From Eledone cirrhosa (lineage: Eukaryota), in contig OZ024743.1 in the NCBI GenBank assembly GCA_964016885.1, positions 41,416,001 to 41,480,000 on the forward strand: a DNA stretch of 64,000 nt, given 5' to 3'. The position numbers and the translations under genes were made by a program. Position 1 is the first letter of the stretch, and the number at the start of each line of letters is the position of its first letter. The notes below the pieces were generated by a model. The model was not told where the DNA came from. It saw only the letters and a list, made by a program, of their open reading frames with translations, and searched no databases. This document shows positions 29,450-43,098 of this stretch, in pieces.

Positions 29450-30366
29450 CAAGTAAGTATGTTTCGAAAACAATTTGCTGTTGTGGATTGTTGGTAGATG
29501 TATACGAACCTCTGTGGGTATCGATGATGAGTGTTCTGTGTGATTGATGAACACATCGGCCTGATCTTAAAATTAACACATTAGTGGCTGAGCACTCCAG
29601 AGATACGTGCAGCATTTAGTTACTTCTTATCCGAATTCAGTGTGATATTGTGTGACAAGGCTTGTCGTTTTAATTTCAGGTATAATCCTTCTAAGACTTT
29701 TCCAATTTCCGTCTATCTAATATCAGTAACAAATCTTTCATCAAGCCGAGACGATGAAAACCACACTGGCCCAAAATGCCACACATTTGGAATAAATTGG
29801 AATCAGATGATTCTGAAGCGACTTTCCTAACCACTCGGCATCATAACCCGAATTATATAAATGATTCACGTATAAATTTTCATCTACATCTAACCGTGAA
29901 AAACTTAACTGAAGTAAGAAATATATAGGAAATGTTAGATACAGACAAAGGTCAGCGTCTGATTTAAACTTGTACAATAAAAAAAAGAAAATACTCATTA
30001 ATGTTCAGAGTAATATTGAAGCTAATATACTAATATGACTTTACTGACATAATACTGTCATGGGAAGCTGATTGAAGCGTCTGCAAAAGGGAAATAATTG
30101 TGTAAATTAGTATGGAGGCTACTAAATGATTCAGTATTATTCCATTCAAATAATTGTCTCACTAATTGAGTAATTATAAATCAGACATGCACAAAACTGC
30201 TGGTAATAGCTCTTGACTACATCTGAAGATAAATGTAGGTCTCCATTATAAACTGCTTGTTATGTATTTTGGTAATCACTCATAAATTATCTCTGTGCTA
30301 TGTACAACTATTGATATTTGTACACGCACACACAAACACCCCCACCCCCACCCCACCCCACCCACC

Positions 30367-30434
<68 letters not shown>

Positions 30435-30441
<7 letters not shown>

Positions 30442-31033
30442 ATAAACTAACGGAGCCATACACTCTCGTTATTCCATGTAAATAATGTGCTCAAAGGAAA
30501 AGGAATCCTGAGCTCTTTAAAATACAATATGTTGAAAAGGTAACACACTAGAGAGAGATAGTGCGCCATCAATAAAACAGGGTAAACCACCAGTGTATGG
30601 AATCTATAACCTAAGAAAGGCAGGGTGGACGCACAATAATTAAAAATATAAATTAAAATGTATATACGCACCTCTATAACTATGTAACACACGCGTACAA
30701 ATCCAAAGAGATCTGTTTCGCCAGGAAGTTGTTGACTGAAATGGAATAGCCTATGGTTCATTAGCGCGTACAAGGCTATACATTTCAGACAACTCTAAGA
30801 GAATCTAAAGCGACCGTCCAGCTACACGCGGGAGAGAGAAGTCACAGCGTTTTTAGGGTAGTTAACCAGTGGTATCTGAGGGACAAGCTGCTAGAAAGGG
30901 CAGCCCAAAAACCACCAAGAGAAGTGTGCTCAACCCAACAGAGAGAGAGGAAAGACAGTTATAAGGTGCGAAATATCACGATAAATTAACGGAGCCATAG
31001 ACTCTCGTTATTCCCTGTCAATAATGTGCTCAT
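30435..31033 (-). mobile_element. Element with 60-bp direct terminal repeats (period 539 bp) and a degenerate HHR; PLE pLTR or retrozyme-like
   Basis: tatcacgataaactaacggagccata..ctctcgttattcc..aataatgtgctca at 30435 and 30974; minus strand CTAATGA ACCATAGG...CCTGG C GAAAC at about 30714-30765; abuts (TA)n. Confidence 0.6.
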
Positions 31034-31119
31034 TAACGAAGGGATTGATTTATTAAGTACCCGATTAATAAAGCACATGTCTGCATTTTAATAGGCACTA
31101 AATCCCCCAAGACAACAGT

Positions 31120-31275
31120 ATAAGGGTCGGACGCTATGCTTTGCATCACAATTACGTCCCTTTACGGACTGAGTTCAAATCCTGCCGAGGTTAACTTTGC
31201 CTTTCATCGATAAAAAAGTACTAGTAATCTACTGGGTAATTGCTGGCATTGTGCCTAAAGTAGAAACAATTATTA
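31120..31275 (+). mobile_element. SINE copy
   Basis: B box and core present, with a short deletion. Confidence 0.85.
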
Positions 31276-31419
31276 TTATATTGACCAAGACGGACGGCTC
31301 CACAAGTCTCGTTTGCCGCAATTACACTGAATGCCGAGCTCTGGCCACTTAAGTACCCACCACTCGTTCGTGGACACTTAGCGACTCACTTTGAACAGGT
31401 TCAATTTCTACAAACGTAA

Positions 31420-32400
31420 TGCTTGCATCAATCTTACTCGGGCCGATTTCTCCGCTCTTTGTTGCCTACGGCGTCGCTATGACGTTTAAATCAAAGTCAA
31501 TTTCCTGACACCCAATTTTACCACCCTCTATCATATGAAGCCGCATCAGGCCACCTACAACCTGTGCCCTCCACCATTAAACAATTCATCTACTCCTCTC
31601 TTCTCCTCCTCTACATCCACAAACTTTATAGTACGCACCCCTTGCACAACTACCATCCAATATACCTAAATCTAATAATCCCGGTTGTCCTCCGACACTT
31701 TATGGACTTCGTTCTATACCTTACTCTAGCACCGTACTCCAATATTTCTCCGTTTTGCTGAGCTCATTCTCACCCTCAATGGGTTTCCCTTTCCTGGGTA
31801 ATTTTATCAGCATGTATGTGGGGTTGCCATCACCTACCACCCATCGAAATTACCAATACGTCGCACCATCCTTCTCTGCCTCCGAAACCTCGTTTCTGAC
31901 CCCATCACTTTTCGCTTTCCAAATTCACCCCTCACCGACTTTAAGCGCGCCCGTAATCTCTGTGACCCTGTTGTGCACAGTTCCTAGTCCCCCTGCCGTT
32001 AGACTTCCGTCTGTATTCCCACTCCCGATGTAACACCTGTCTCTACATAACAAGTCCTATCACTCTCTCAGGTACGAAATATTCGTTTTGCATTCACGAC
32101 TCCTCACTTGCACCTTTACCAATGTCATATATGGCTTCCAGTTTTTCACTTTGCGTTTTATTTTTTACATCTGACAAACAAGCCGTCGTTTCACGGACCG
32201 ATTCACCTAGCATCTGAGGGACATACGACTAGATGAAAACACTCCTGTTGTTCGTCACTTCCGTTCCCCCAACAGCACTACTCAAAACCTCACTCTCTTA
32301 GGCATCCTTTTACATCATGGATCCACAAGCATTCAAACCAGGACCGAGTAGAACTTATTTTTCAACAATGGAACTACTTTTCTGAATGGACCTAATTCGT
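31420..32400 (+). mobile_element. Decayed PLE: RT thumb, Cys-rich linker and GIY-YIG endonuclease
   Basis: TYHPSKLPIRRTIL...FKRARNLCDPVVHS...CNTCLYITS...TCTFTNVIYG...FYI*QTSRRFTDRFT*HLRDIRLDENTPVVRHF. Confidence 0.8.
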
Positions 32401-32725
32401 CGCCTCATTCCCTGCTCTCACACACAAACACATGCACATATTCACACTCAATTCTAACCAGTATACAATACACACCCACATTTACAACGACTATATATAC
32501 CACCCTACACACATCTATTTATGCAAACACGTATCAGTCAAAATCATACACTTTCTCATGTGATGCATGCGCACACTACCAACCCAGATTTGAGGGCCCA
32601 AGTCCATGCGTGCTTGTAGTTCTTGTGCACACGTCTGTGTTTGTGTGGCATTAGATGACATGGTTGTGTCACCGTCGATGTTGAATGTTTTCTGACATTT
32701 TCCCTGTCCCCACCACCTCCCGGCT

Positions 32726-32967
32726 TATATAACTTTAAACGACAAATAACAGTATATATCAATTGAGTAACAGGTAGTATTTTGGACATATATACATTAC
32801 AAATAATATGTGAATAAGATGGTATAATGGCCTACAATACCATGAAGGCCATTATAAGATGTTGAAGTATATATTCAAATTTACAAATTATTTGTTCGGT
32901 ACATATGTACAAAATACTAGCTGCTTCTCAATTGATATATCCTATAACATATCGTTTAAACTTATAT
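32726..32967. repeat. Old fold-back palindrome (about 110-bp diverged arms)
   Basis: tttaaacga, atatatcaattgag, agtattttggacatat and tataatggcct are mirrored by aggccattata, atatgtacaaaatact, ctcaattgatatat and tcgtttaaa. Confidence 0.8.
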
Positions 32968-33047
32968 GGCTGATACTCTGAACAAGAGTTTATTGAGCTT
33001 TGCACTGAGAAATATCGATATATATTTTTAATCTATTGATCAAATTA

Positions 33048-33151
<104 letters not shown>

Positions 33152-33339
33152 TTATATATATATATATATATATAATGAAAAGATAAGAAGTACGATTGGT
33201 TACTCCTTCTTTACATTTATTGGTTGGTGACGCGAGTTTCGCCACTGATCAGCTCAATGTTCGATCTCGATCGATCTTACCCGACTCTGCAATCTGCGGC
33301 TCGACGGACCCCTTGAAATGCATATATATATGAACAAGA

Positions 33340-33558
33340 AGTCAACAGGATAAAATTAACTTCGTTTATTTGAGAAAACAACAGCTTACTTGAGAAGGGG
33401 GCATATCAGTAGTTCGAAATAAATTTGTTCCCGCATCATGTTTTTTCCTTTCAACTTCTAGCTGTCTGATGAGATCATGCCTATTGAATAATAGTTATCA
33501 CCGAAATATATATAATATCGAATATGAATAAACGAAGTTAATTTTAACCTGCTGACTT
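33340..33558 (+). mobile_element. PLE pLTR remnant with a short inverted copy and an HHR-like motif
   Basis: 33340-33370 is mirrored at 33527-33558; CTGATGA (33466)...CTATT gaat AATAG...GAAATATATATA. Confidence 0.6.
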
Positions 33559-33760
33559 ACACTTCATGTCTTTAAATTACTCCGGAGTAAACATACCCAC
33601 ATGCGCACTTCATTGAGTGCTCTATTCTGTATACTGAAGTGTCGGTAACTAATCAACACAAACTTCAATTTATGTGTATGTATGTATGTATGTATGTATG
33701 TATGTATGTATGTATGTATGTATGTATGTATGTATGTATGTATGTATGTATGTATGTATG

Positions 33761-33823
<63 letters not shown>

Positions 33824-33969
33824 CCAAAGATTAATATGGTTCATATATATATATATATATATGTATGTATATATGTATGTATGTAAAAGGTAAACAGAAA
33901 TAACAACAACATCGGTGAAGTATATGAAAGGAATATATTAGGTTAACGCTTGAAATGGCAGAAAGAGGG

Positions 33970-34005
33970 TTTTAACGTTTCGGACGCTAGTCCTTCATCA
34001 GAAGA
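33970..34005 (-). ncRNA. Minimal hammerhead ribozyme
   Basis: Minus strand TCTT CTGATGA A GGAC tagc GTCC GAAAC GTT AA; family relatives at 51184, 47737 and 29288. Confidence 0.75.
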
Positions 34006-34664
34006 AAAAAAGACAAATAAGATAGATTGAGGGGATGGGTGGGTTGGAATTGGAAATAATGTCTTTAGATAAAAATGCACATATATATATTCATGCACAC
34101 ACACATATATATACATGTATATTTATTCATATGTATATGTATCTCTGTCTCTATTTCTTTCTCTCTATATATATATATATATTCACATATGTGTATGTGT
34201 AAGTGTTTTTCTGCATGTGTGTATATGTGTATGTGTTTGTCTGCATGTGTGTGTCAGCTCTTATCAAAGGTGTCACTGTATTCCGAATTTTCTCCAGTAT
34301 ACTTTACTGAGTTTAATAGTATTTCAGGATTTCGAGAAGGCGTCACATTATAACCCAACAAAGGTGAAGTAGATATTATTTCTAGTAGGTTATATGAACG
34401 CATTCACCATGTTTGTCAAATTCATATTCATATTGTACATTCTTTCCTTTCTGTCTATCAGTTAATATGTTAACCAATTCTCGAAATTATTTCTAGTGAT
34501 GATTAAATATATGGCAGTGAATATATAATGTATATTACCTAACATTTTATAGATAAAAGGAATCAGATAATTCTATATCAAAAGTTTGATTTACGAATTG
34601 GCTATGAATAATGACGATACATACATGCATATATTCATACAGTCTTGCATACATACATACATAC

Positions 34665-35100
34665 ATGGCAGCTGCCAAACTCGTTTTCGAGTACGGCCAC
34701 TACTTTATATCCATGTAGGAGAACCCTTACCGATGCGCTCAACGAGTGCGACTTTTTAGTCCAGCCAGCGACTTGAAAACTCTGGTACAAACACTACACT
34801 TGTGACAATTATTGACACATAGTGCTGGGCCCATGATACCATGTAACGACAAGTGCAGAGACATCTCCAGATATAAAGCAATGCCTGTGCCGTGAAACTT
34901 TTATAGTGAGCAAAGGCACTGACTCTTAAGAGCTCTTTTGCCCTTCGACAGATTTTGTTTTTAGTCCTGCAGGATGTCCAAAGTCACCCTCCTCACCAAG
35001 AAACCTTGGTGGGGTTGCCAGCTTAGTCGCCAACGACCCGACCATGGGACAGGTTGTACTGGGATACATGTTACCAGTAGCACCAACTGGTGACCTGACA
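34665..35100 (-). mobile_element. Non-autonomous bipartite RTE element, subfamily B, between (TACA)n tracts
   Basis: RTE-like 5'UTR joined to a 3' segment translating CHKCSVCTRVFKSLAGLKSRTR (RTE C-terminal C2H2-like motif); homologous to 9400-9978. Confidence 0.75.
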
Positions 35101-35224
35101 AAATACATACATACATACATACATATACGTACGTATGAATACATACGTACATACATATATACATACATATATACAGAAGTCAACATTGCTATTCCTCCTT
35201 TCGAGATCGACAAATAAAGTATTA

Positions 35225-35259
<35 letters not shown>

Positions 35260-35549
35260 GCATTCGCACACAAGCTCTCTCTCCTTTCTTTTTTGTCTAT
35301 TTATCTATCTATCTATCCAATCTAGCTGTCGTCTGTTCGATAGCGTAGACGCAATTCACTTCGCGCAGAAGTTTTGTTCCAATTTATTGCGGAAATTTTG
35401 TAAGTTTAATTTTAATTTTGATACTAATGTGTAGCTTGACCCCCCGTCTTAACTGAAAGGCGGTGGGTCAGCTCATTTTCGCCCCACCCAGGGGTGAAAA
35501 ACCTGTTTTTAAAAATTTTGTTGCATAAAATTTCAATCGTCTGGCAGAA

Positions 35550-37449
35550 ATGTTAAACGAAGCTAACGAAAATAGTGGTGGGGGGACAGCGGTAAGAGTT
35601 GTAAGCTCGCACGCTTTATCCCCCCCCCCTTCCTTCCCAACTAACGTCATAGAGAAATAAAGAAAAAATAACATAAAAACAGACGAATGTGCGGAGAAAA
35701 GTTACGAAAACACAAATCTGGAGATTGATTCCAACAACAACAAAAATTTGAAAGAATTGCATGACAATATTAATACCACAAACAAAGAAACAACAAACAC
35801 AAAAATAACATTTGAAAACAACATCATAATAGAAAGCAAAACAGACGACAAAGTCAACACCAATAATATCTCATTTGCACAAACAACAAAACAATCTTTA
35901 ACATATATACCTGAAAATATTTCAGATGTGGCACAAAGAATAAAAAACGCCAAACAATTCATAACTCAAGGGGAAAATGGAACCTTATCGGTAAAAATGC
36001 CCCAAGAACTCACCAAAGATATTGAAAGTTGGATGGTTGTTTTCCGCACCATCAACAACATCTCAAAAAAACCTCAACAACCAACACAAGCAGAAATTAA
36101 AGCAGTACTTAGAGAAGTACTTAATGAAGCCACGTTCATAAGAAGACACAGGCTGTATGGAAGCCTAGCCATTATTATGAAGAACGAATCAGCGGCAAAA
36201 AAATATGCTTTGTCGCCGATTCGTTCGACAAATTTTACCTTTTATCCATCTTATATGGGTAAAAAAAACTCTGCGCATATGGCTGGATGCGATGATATGG
36301 ACTACTGCTGGCTCATAGCTGGCTTCATCGATCCAGCGAATGACAACGTGATTTCCATTGGGAAAACCACAGGCAATGCGTTCAGCGGAACAGGTATAGA
36401 ACTTGTAGTGCAAATGAAGCCTGAACGCATTGCCCAAATACCCGACAGAATCCTATTAGAGGGCCACGGGTATATAAACATTAGCGTGGAAGGGAGAAGG
36501 CCGTCCTGTCATATATGTGCAGGCAGAGGGCACCTGAAGTCGGCTTGTCCCCAACTCAACAAGAAGAAAATCCTGCTACCAACACCAGATCCACCACCAC
36601 CACAACAGATAAACAAACAACAAAACTCAGTCCCACCCAACCCGTCCCTCAGTAAAACTACACCACCACCACAACACAAACAGACACAACACATTATCCA
36701 AAAACAAAACAGTCCCACCCAACCCCTCACTCAATAAAACAACACAACCACCGCAGCCACAACACACAACACAGTCTAACATAGTGACATCCATCTTCCC
36801 CACAAAGAAAGCCAACACGGAAACATTACCAGCAAACATACCTCTTCCCTCCAACACTGAAGATAACCCAACGAATTCAGAGGAAGAAACGGAGTCCTTC
36901 AGACAGATTAAAAGGAAAAAAAGAAAACGTGTGCAAAACACACAAGGCCAAACAGCCACTAACCAAATGTCAACACGATCCAACAAAACACAAAACACCT
37001 CTCCTGCAACAAACAAAACCAAACCTGCCCCTCCCCTCTTCGAAACACTCACACCATCCGAAAAAAAGACATTACACTATACTTACATCAACAGAAATAA
37101 TAATAAATTAAATGAACTCATAAACAATAACCCTTCGGTACAAACCGAAGGGGTAAACTTTGTTTCTTCAGAAAACTACCCACATTTAAAATTAATAAAG
37201 ATCCCAATGAACCTCTACCAAAAACTAAAAAAGGATTTTAAGGAGGACGTAGGACCACCCTCTGTCAAACCCATAAACCGTGTCCTCCTAAAAAGCTTTT
37301 CCCCTCCCCTTCCCCTCCCCAACACAACTCCAAACACCCCAACCCCACCACACACTGACGATCCCACACCACCACAAGACACCCCTTCACCCAACACCCC
37401 CGAACCCATGGAAGTCGTGCGATCCGAACCCCGGGAAGCAGAAAGGTAG
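35550..37449 (+). pseudogene. LINE ORF1 (gag-like, zinc knuckle), disrupted
   Basis: CHICAGRGHLKSAC (CX2CX4HX4C) preceded by ISVEGRRPS; stop at 35658 and a break near 36735; Pro/Thr/Asn-rich tail. Confidence 0.8.
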
Positions 37450-37482
37450 GTCTTTACACTCTTCTTTGGCTTTGCCCCCCAC

Positions 37483-40400
37483 ATGGATGTGTTAAGAGTA
37501 GGATGTTTGAATGCACGTGGCCTGGGCTCAACTTGGAAGCAAGCAAAGCTTCTAAATGACCTCAGGTCACGTGGTATAAATTTAATGGTTATCTGTGAGA
37601 CTCGGATCAGCGTCGTGCGGCAGCTGGCCCCTACCTGGGATGACTTTGAGGTGCACGCATCTCTCTGTCAACCTGGAGGTGGGGGTGGGGTTGTCGTACT
37701 GCTGTAAAAACACCTGGGTCTCGCCGTACAGGTTGTTCACTCGGACCCGGAAGGTCGTTTGTTGGTGCTAGACGTTGGCAGTAGTGGAGGTGCGGCCTTG
37801 AGACTGGTGGCCGTCTACTCCCCTTTCGGAGCGGAACGAGCCGACCTCTTCCAGCGTCTGGAGACTTTTCTGGGAACGTCGCGTTCCCTGCTTCTAGCGG
37901 GGGACTGGAATGACATCCTAGATGCACGTTGGGACTATGCAGGAGCATGTCCTAATAGAGGGGGGTGTAACAGCCTCAAGGGGTTACTCGACCGTTTTAA
38001 CTTGGTCGATAGATATCGACTAGATTTTCCAACTGTGCCAACCTGAACTTGGACGAACCACAGTCGTCAATCTAGATCGTACTTAGATAGATTCTTAGTT
38101 AGAAGTAAGGATAGGGACATATTAAGCTGTCCAGAAATGCTCACGGTTGGCTATACAGATCACAAATTAGTGACTGCGTAGTCAACCCCGAGAGAACACA
38201 TAGACAGGGTCCCGGTTACTGGAAACTTAATTTGTCTTTACCGGCAAAAGAGGGTTACAGAGACCGGATTAGCAGATTAGTTAAGGAGAGGTTGACGGGT
38301 GCAATCGTCAACAACCGATGGTGGGCATCTCTCAAAAGAGAGATTAGAACAGAATCAATAAGTTATAGCAAGATGTTAGCTGCCGATAGGAATAGGAACG
38401 AGAAAGAATTAACAGGTAAATTAGAAGAGGCAATCAAGAGCGAAGATGTGGCCAGAGTGCTGGCATCGAGGACAGCCTTGAGCCAGGTTTTCGATGCAAA
38501 GCACGAAGGCTGCGTCATTCGAAGTAAAATACGTGCTCTAGGTAATGAGGGGGCCAAAGCCGTTGGCTGGGCCCGCGTGACAGAAGCTAAGAGTGGAAAT
38601 CGATCCACCATCCGGTCTTTGCAAGACGAGGATGGACGGGTGATCCGGGAGCCTAAGCAGATGTGCGAGGCCTTTCAAAGGCACTTTGCCCAATTGTTCG
38701 GGGCATAGGAGGGTACGGGTGGGGACGTGGATTTCGGTCTATACCTCGACGGCCTGCCCCGTGTCTCGAGCGAAGAGGCAGAGTCCTGCGAGGGACCAAT
38801 CTCGGCTGATGAGATCGGGGATGCGCTGAGCCAATGCAGCAGACGCAAATCTCCAGGTCTCGATGGTATACTTTACGAACTTTATTTGGCAATGCCGGCC
38901 TTCTTCTCCGAACTCCTCGAAGCAGTCTACTGCAATTGGCAGCAGAACGGGAGAATTCCTTGTTCTGTAGCCCAGGGCGTAGTCTCGCTGGTGAGGATGG
39001 ACGAGAACAAAGGAGATAGTATAAATAAATTTCGGCCCATAACCCTGCTAAACACAGAGTTAAAGATTTTGGCCAAGGTGTTAGCAAAGAGGTTGGCGTT
39101 TGTTGTGGGTAACCTGGTGGGAGATGCGCAGACATGTGCTATCCCATCCAGGTCCATTCACGACAACCTCCACCTCATGCGATACATCATAGAGAGGGTT
39201 GGCAACAAACACGGCTTCGGTGGGGCCTTGATCAACTTGGATCAGTATAAGGCGTTCGATAGGGTCGACCATGGTTACCTGGATGCGGTGCTAGCGGCGG
39301 CTGGGTTCGGTCCTGTTTTCAGAGGCTGGATCACTGCCTTACATAGCAACCACATCTGTTGTAGGATCAAGGTGAACGGCTACCTTTCGAAGCCGTTCGA
39401 AATTACACGATCCATTCGACAGGGGTGCCCTCTCTCTTCCCTTCTGTACGTATTGACTCTCGAGTCTTTACTGAGGAAGTTGGAGTTGTTGCAGGGTATC
39501 CCCCTGGAACCAGGATTGAGCAAAGCGGTGTCGGCCTACGCCGATGACGTAACAGTAATTGTATCGACCGACTCGGAGATCGAGACGATCGGCACCTTAC
39601 TGGAGGAATACGAAAGGTTGTCAGGAGCGAAACTGAACCGGGAAAAATCCATCCAGAAATGGGCCAAGTGTAAGCTGTCCCTGAAAGGTCGGGCGGAGGT
39701 GGCGAACATTTACATAGCGTCCGTCACCTACTACCGCCTGACTGTCGTGTCTTTCCCTAAGGAAACACTCACCACCATGGAACGCATGCTCTTTCAATTT
39801 CTTTGGAAAAAGCGCCCTCCTATGGCGAGAAGATCCATCTGCTGCCAACAACCTTCGAAAGGAGGGCTGGGGATGCCGTGGTTGATGATGCGTAGGCACG
39901 CATTAAGGCTACGGCACCTACAGGTATTCCTCACTGGTCAACCGGTGTGGGTTCCGTTCGTGAGACGAGCCTTTCCGAGACTCGTCTCGCTCACCGAGCT
40001 GCAGTCCTGGGTCAAGTAAAGATCCGGAAAACTGGGCGACTGGCACACTGAGTGTGCCCAGGTGCTCCGGGCTCTCTGGCAAGCGGACCCGGCCATCGGT
40101 GGAGAATCCGCCTCGTCATTCTATAGAGGGCTGGTGGCTAGCAGGGGCGATGACACCCTTGGAGAGTCGCTGGACATGGAAAAGGACGAACTTGCCAGCC
40201 TGTTCGGTAGGACTTTCGGCCCGGGACCAATGGACAACTTCCAGAAGTCACTGGCGTGGCAGTGCTACCGGGGGGCTCTACCCTTTCGAGAAAGCCTCTA
40301 CAGACACGGGCGCCTGGGCAGGGAACCCTCGAAAATATTTGCCCTAAATGCGTGCGTCACGAAGAAACCATTGCGCACGCATTGGTGCAATGTCCGGGCG

Positions 40401-40756
40401 TGGCTGATCAGTGGGGCTACGCCGAACGACTGCTGTCGCGGGTGGCGCCGATTCGATTAACCGCCGAGTCCGTGATGACAAGCAAGCCGCCTCCCCTCTT
40501 CACAAAGGAAGCAAAGGTGGTTTTTCTGTGCGTAATAGCCATGTTGAAAGAGGTTGTTTGGTGGACACGATTGAATGGTCTGAGGTCAGGCAACTTCCTC
40601 TCTGGCCATAGTCTGGTCTACTTCTTCCGATATCACTTCGGAAGAAGGATAAGAATGCAGAGAGAGGTGCTTGGCCACAGGCACTTTTATGAAATGTGGG
40701 TGATAGTGGCGAGAATGGCTCGTGTAAATGGGCCTTCTCTGTATACCATCCTGTAG
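37483..40756 (+). pseudogene. LINE ORF2: AP endonuclease, reverse transcriptase and C-terminal zinc finger, disrupted
   Basis: GCLNARGL, ICETR, LAGDWN, SRSYLDRF, TDH; KSPGLDG, FRPITLLNTELKILAK, LDQYKAFDRVDH, RQGCPLS, AYADD; CPKCVRHEETIAHALVQC. Stops at 37705, 38044, 38706 and 40017; frameshifts near 38180 and 40335; apparent deletion near 39650. Confidence 0.95.
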
Positions 40757-40970
40757 GTAAAGAAGTGAAGGAGAGGGGAGCACATTCTACATGTGCTCCC
40801 CGGGCAAAGGATTGCACACTTTTTCGGGGGTGTGTGCAACCCCCATCACGTCCCCTCCCTTTTGAGGTTGTCTTTGATTATTTTCATTTTATACCCTTTT
40901 TACTCGATTTTATGTAAACTCCCCCTTTGTATCTGTCCCTTCTCTTTATGCCTTTATGTGGTAAATAAAG

Positions 40971-41061
<91 letters not shown>

Positions 41062-41065
<4 letters not shown>

Positions 41066-41708
41066 AATAATAATGATATATATATATATATATCAGCTTC
41101 TCCCTCATTCATATGCGTTTTTTTCTCACACGCACACACACGCGCACACACAAACACATACATACACATAAACAAACAGAAACACACACAATCACATATA
41201 CAAAACCTGTCCATTAATTTCTAGCCTCAACACTGTCAGAAGCAATAACGGTTCATTCTGTAATCGCCACTCTCTCACCTGCACAACCACACACATAGTA
41301 TATCCTCTCCAGTGTTCCCATTGCGAGTCCTTATACATCGGACAAAGAGGCCTCTGTTTGGCGAATCATTTCGTTGAAAACTTGAGAGACATACGACTCG
41401 ACATAGCTCGAATAATATATTTCCATCGTTAGCAGGTAAGGTAATGAAACAATCAAACTAAGTAAGCATGCGTAGTTATGATTGCATCGACGTATAATGG
41501 CGAGAACACTTGAATACTCTCAAAGACACTCTCACACATAAATACCTTCACATATCACACACAATTCACCTATATATCACACACCTATTCACCTATATAA
41601 TACACAAGCAGAAACCCAAACAATTATAGAATACAAACACTTACACACGGACCCACACACACATAAGCAACAACTATAGAACACACAAACACACACGCAC
41701 AAATATAT

Positions 41709-41781
<73 letters not shown>

Positions 41782-42426
41782 AATAATAATGATATATATA
41801 TATATATCAGCTTCTCCCTCATTCATATGCGTTTTTTTCTCACACGCACACACACGCGCACACACAAACACATACATTCACATAAACAAACAGAAACACA
41901 CACAATCACATATACAAAACCTGTCCATTAATTTCTAGCCTCAACACTGTCAGAAGCAATAACGGTTCATTCTGTAATCGCCACTCTCTCACCTGCACAA
42001 CCACACACATAGTATATCCTCTCCAGTGTTCCCATTGCGAGTCCTTATACATCGGACAAAGAGGCCTCTGTTTGGCGAATCATTTCGTTGAAAACTTGAG
42101 AGACATACGACTCGACATAGATAGCTCGAATAATATATTTCCATCGTTAGCAGGTAAGGTAATGAAACAATCAAACTAAGTAAGCATGCGTAGTTATGAT
42201 TGCATCGACGTATAATGGCGAGAACACTTGAATACTCTCAAAGACACTCTCACACATAAATACCTTCACATATCACACACAATTCACCTATATATCACAC
42301 ACCTATTCACCTATATAATACACAAGCAGAAACCCAAACAATTATAGAATACAAACACTTACACACGGACCCACACACACATAAGCAACAACTATAGAAC
42401 ACACAAACACACACGCACAAATATAT

Positions 42427-42434
<8 letters not shown>
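41062..42434 (+). repeat. 716-bp tandem duplication bounded by (TA)n; each unit carries a PLE GIY-YIG fragment
   Basis: Units 41062-41718 and 41778-42434 are almost identical (extra ATAG at 42120). 41202-41410 translates KTCPLISS...LTCTTTHIVYPLQCSHCESLYIGQRGLCLANHFVENLRDIR. Confidence 0.92.
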
Positions 42435-42501
<67 letters not shown>

Positions 42502-42539
42502 CATTAAATCTTCAACAGACAGCCGGCGGTCCCCGGTGC

Positions 42540-42715
42540 GAAGAGTAAATGTTCCTGTCCGGCCTTCTGTTGTTGCGTTAATGAATACTCAACGCCGTTC
42601 CTCTACCAGCCACGATTTGCATACGTTGAGTGCTTTAATAAATTATTGTAGCATCGTTTAACAAGCAGAAACATCATTTTTACCCATTGGAAAACAGCGA
42701 AACTACATGAAATGC
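42540..42715 (+). repeat. Dispersed repeat related to 45130-45320 and 57600-57695
   Basis: Shared blocks tcc.gtccgg..tt.tgttgt..ttaatgaatact and acgttgagtgcttta...catcgttta..aa.cagaaaca. Confidence 0.65.
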
Positions 42716-43098
42716 CGCTGCTACTCTAGTCGAGCGCTTTGTGATGTAATGAAGACTATAGGCCATGATAACACTATAATATAATCTACACAGAAGAACT
42801 GTCAAAAACTGACTCTTTCTCGATTTCCATGGACCCGATCTTACACAGTTAGTTAATCTCACATGAACCAGAGAGTTATTTGACGGACTCTCTAGATGGC
42901 GCCGTATGTTATTCTATTTCACCTTTTCACTTTAAACGTTTGTATTGAACTTTTAGTGTATTGTCTACACAAACACCTTACTTTTTAACTAATATTTATA
43001 TCACATTTTTTATATTTGTATTATATCATATTTTATCATCTATATATATTTTGTGTTATTATATGCTTTATTATCTTATTATATTATTATACTACCTT

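Larger units (their letters stand above)
35258..40973 (+). mobile_element. Near full-length Tx1/L1-clade non-LTR retrotransposon, inactivated
   Basis: ORF1 with a CCHC knuckle, ORF2 with APE-RT-CCHC, 3'UTR with AATAAA at about 40964, and (TC)n on both flanks. Confidence 0.93.

Noticed and set aside
37631-40817. Overlapping antisense and alternative-frame ORFs within the LINE
   Set aside because: Expected by-products of GC-rich coding sequence; no independent motifs.
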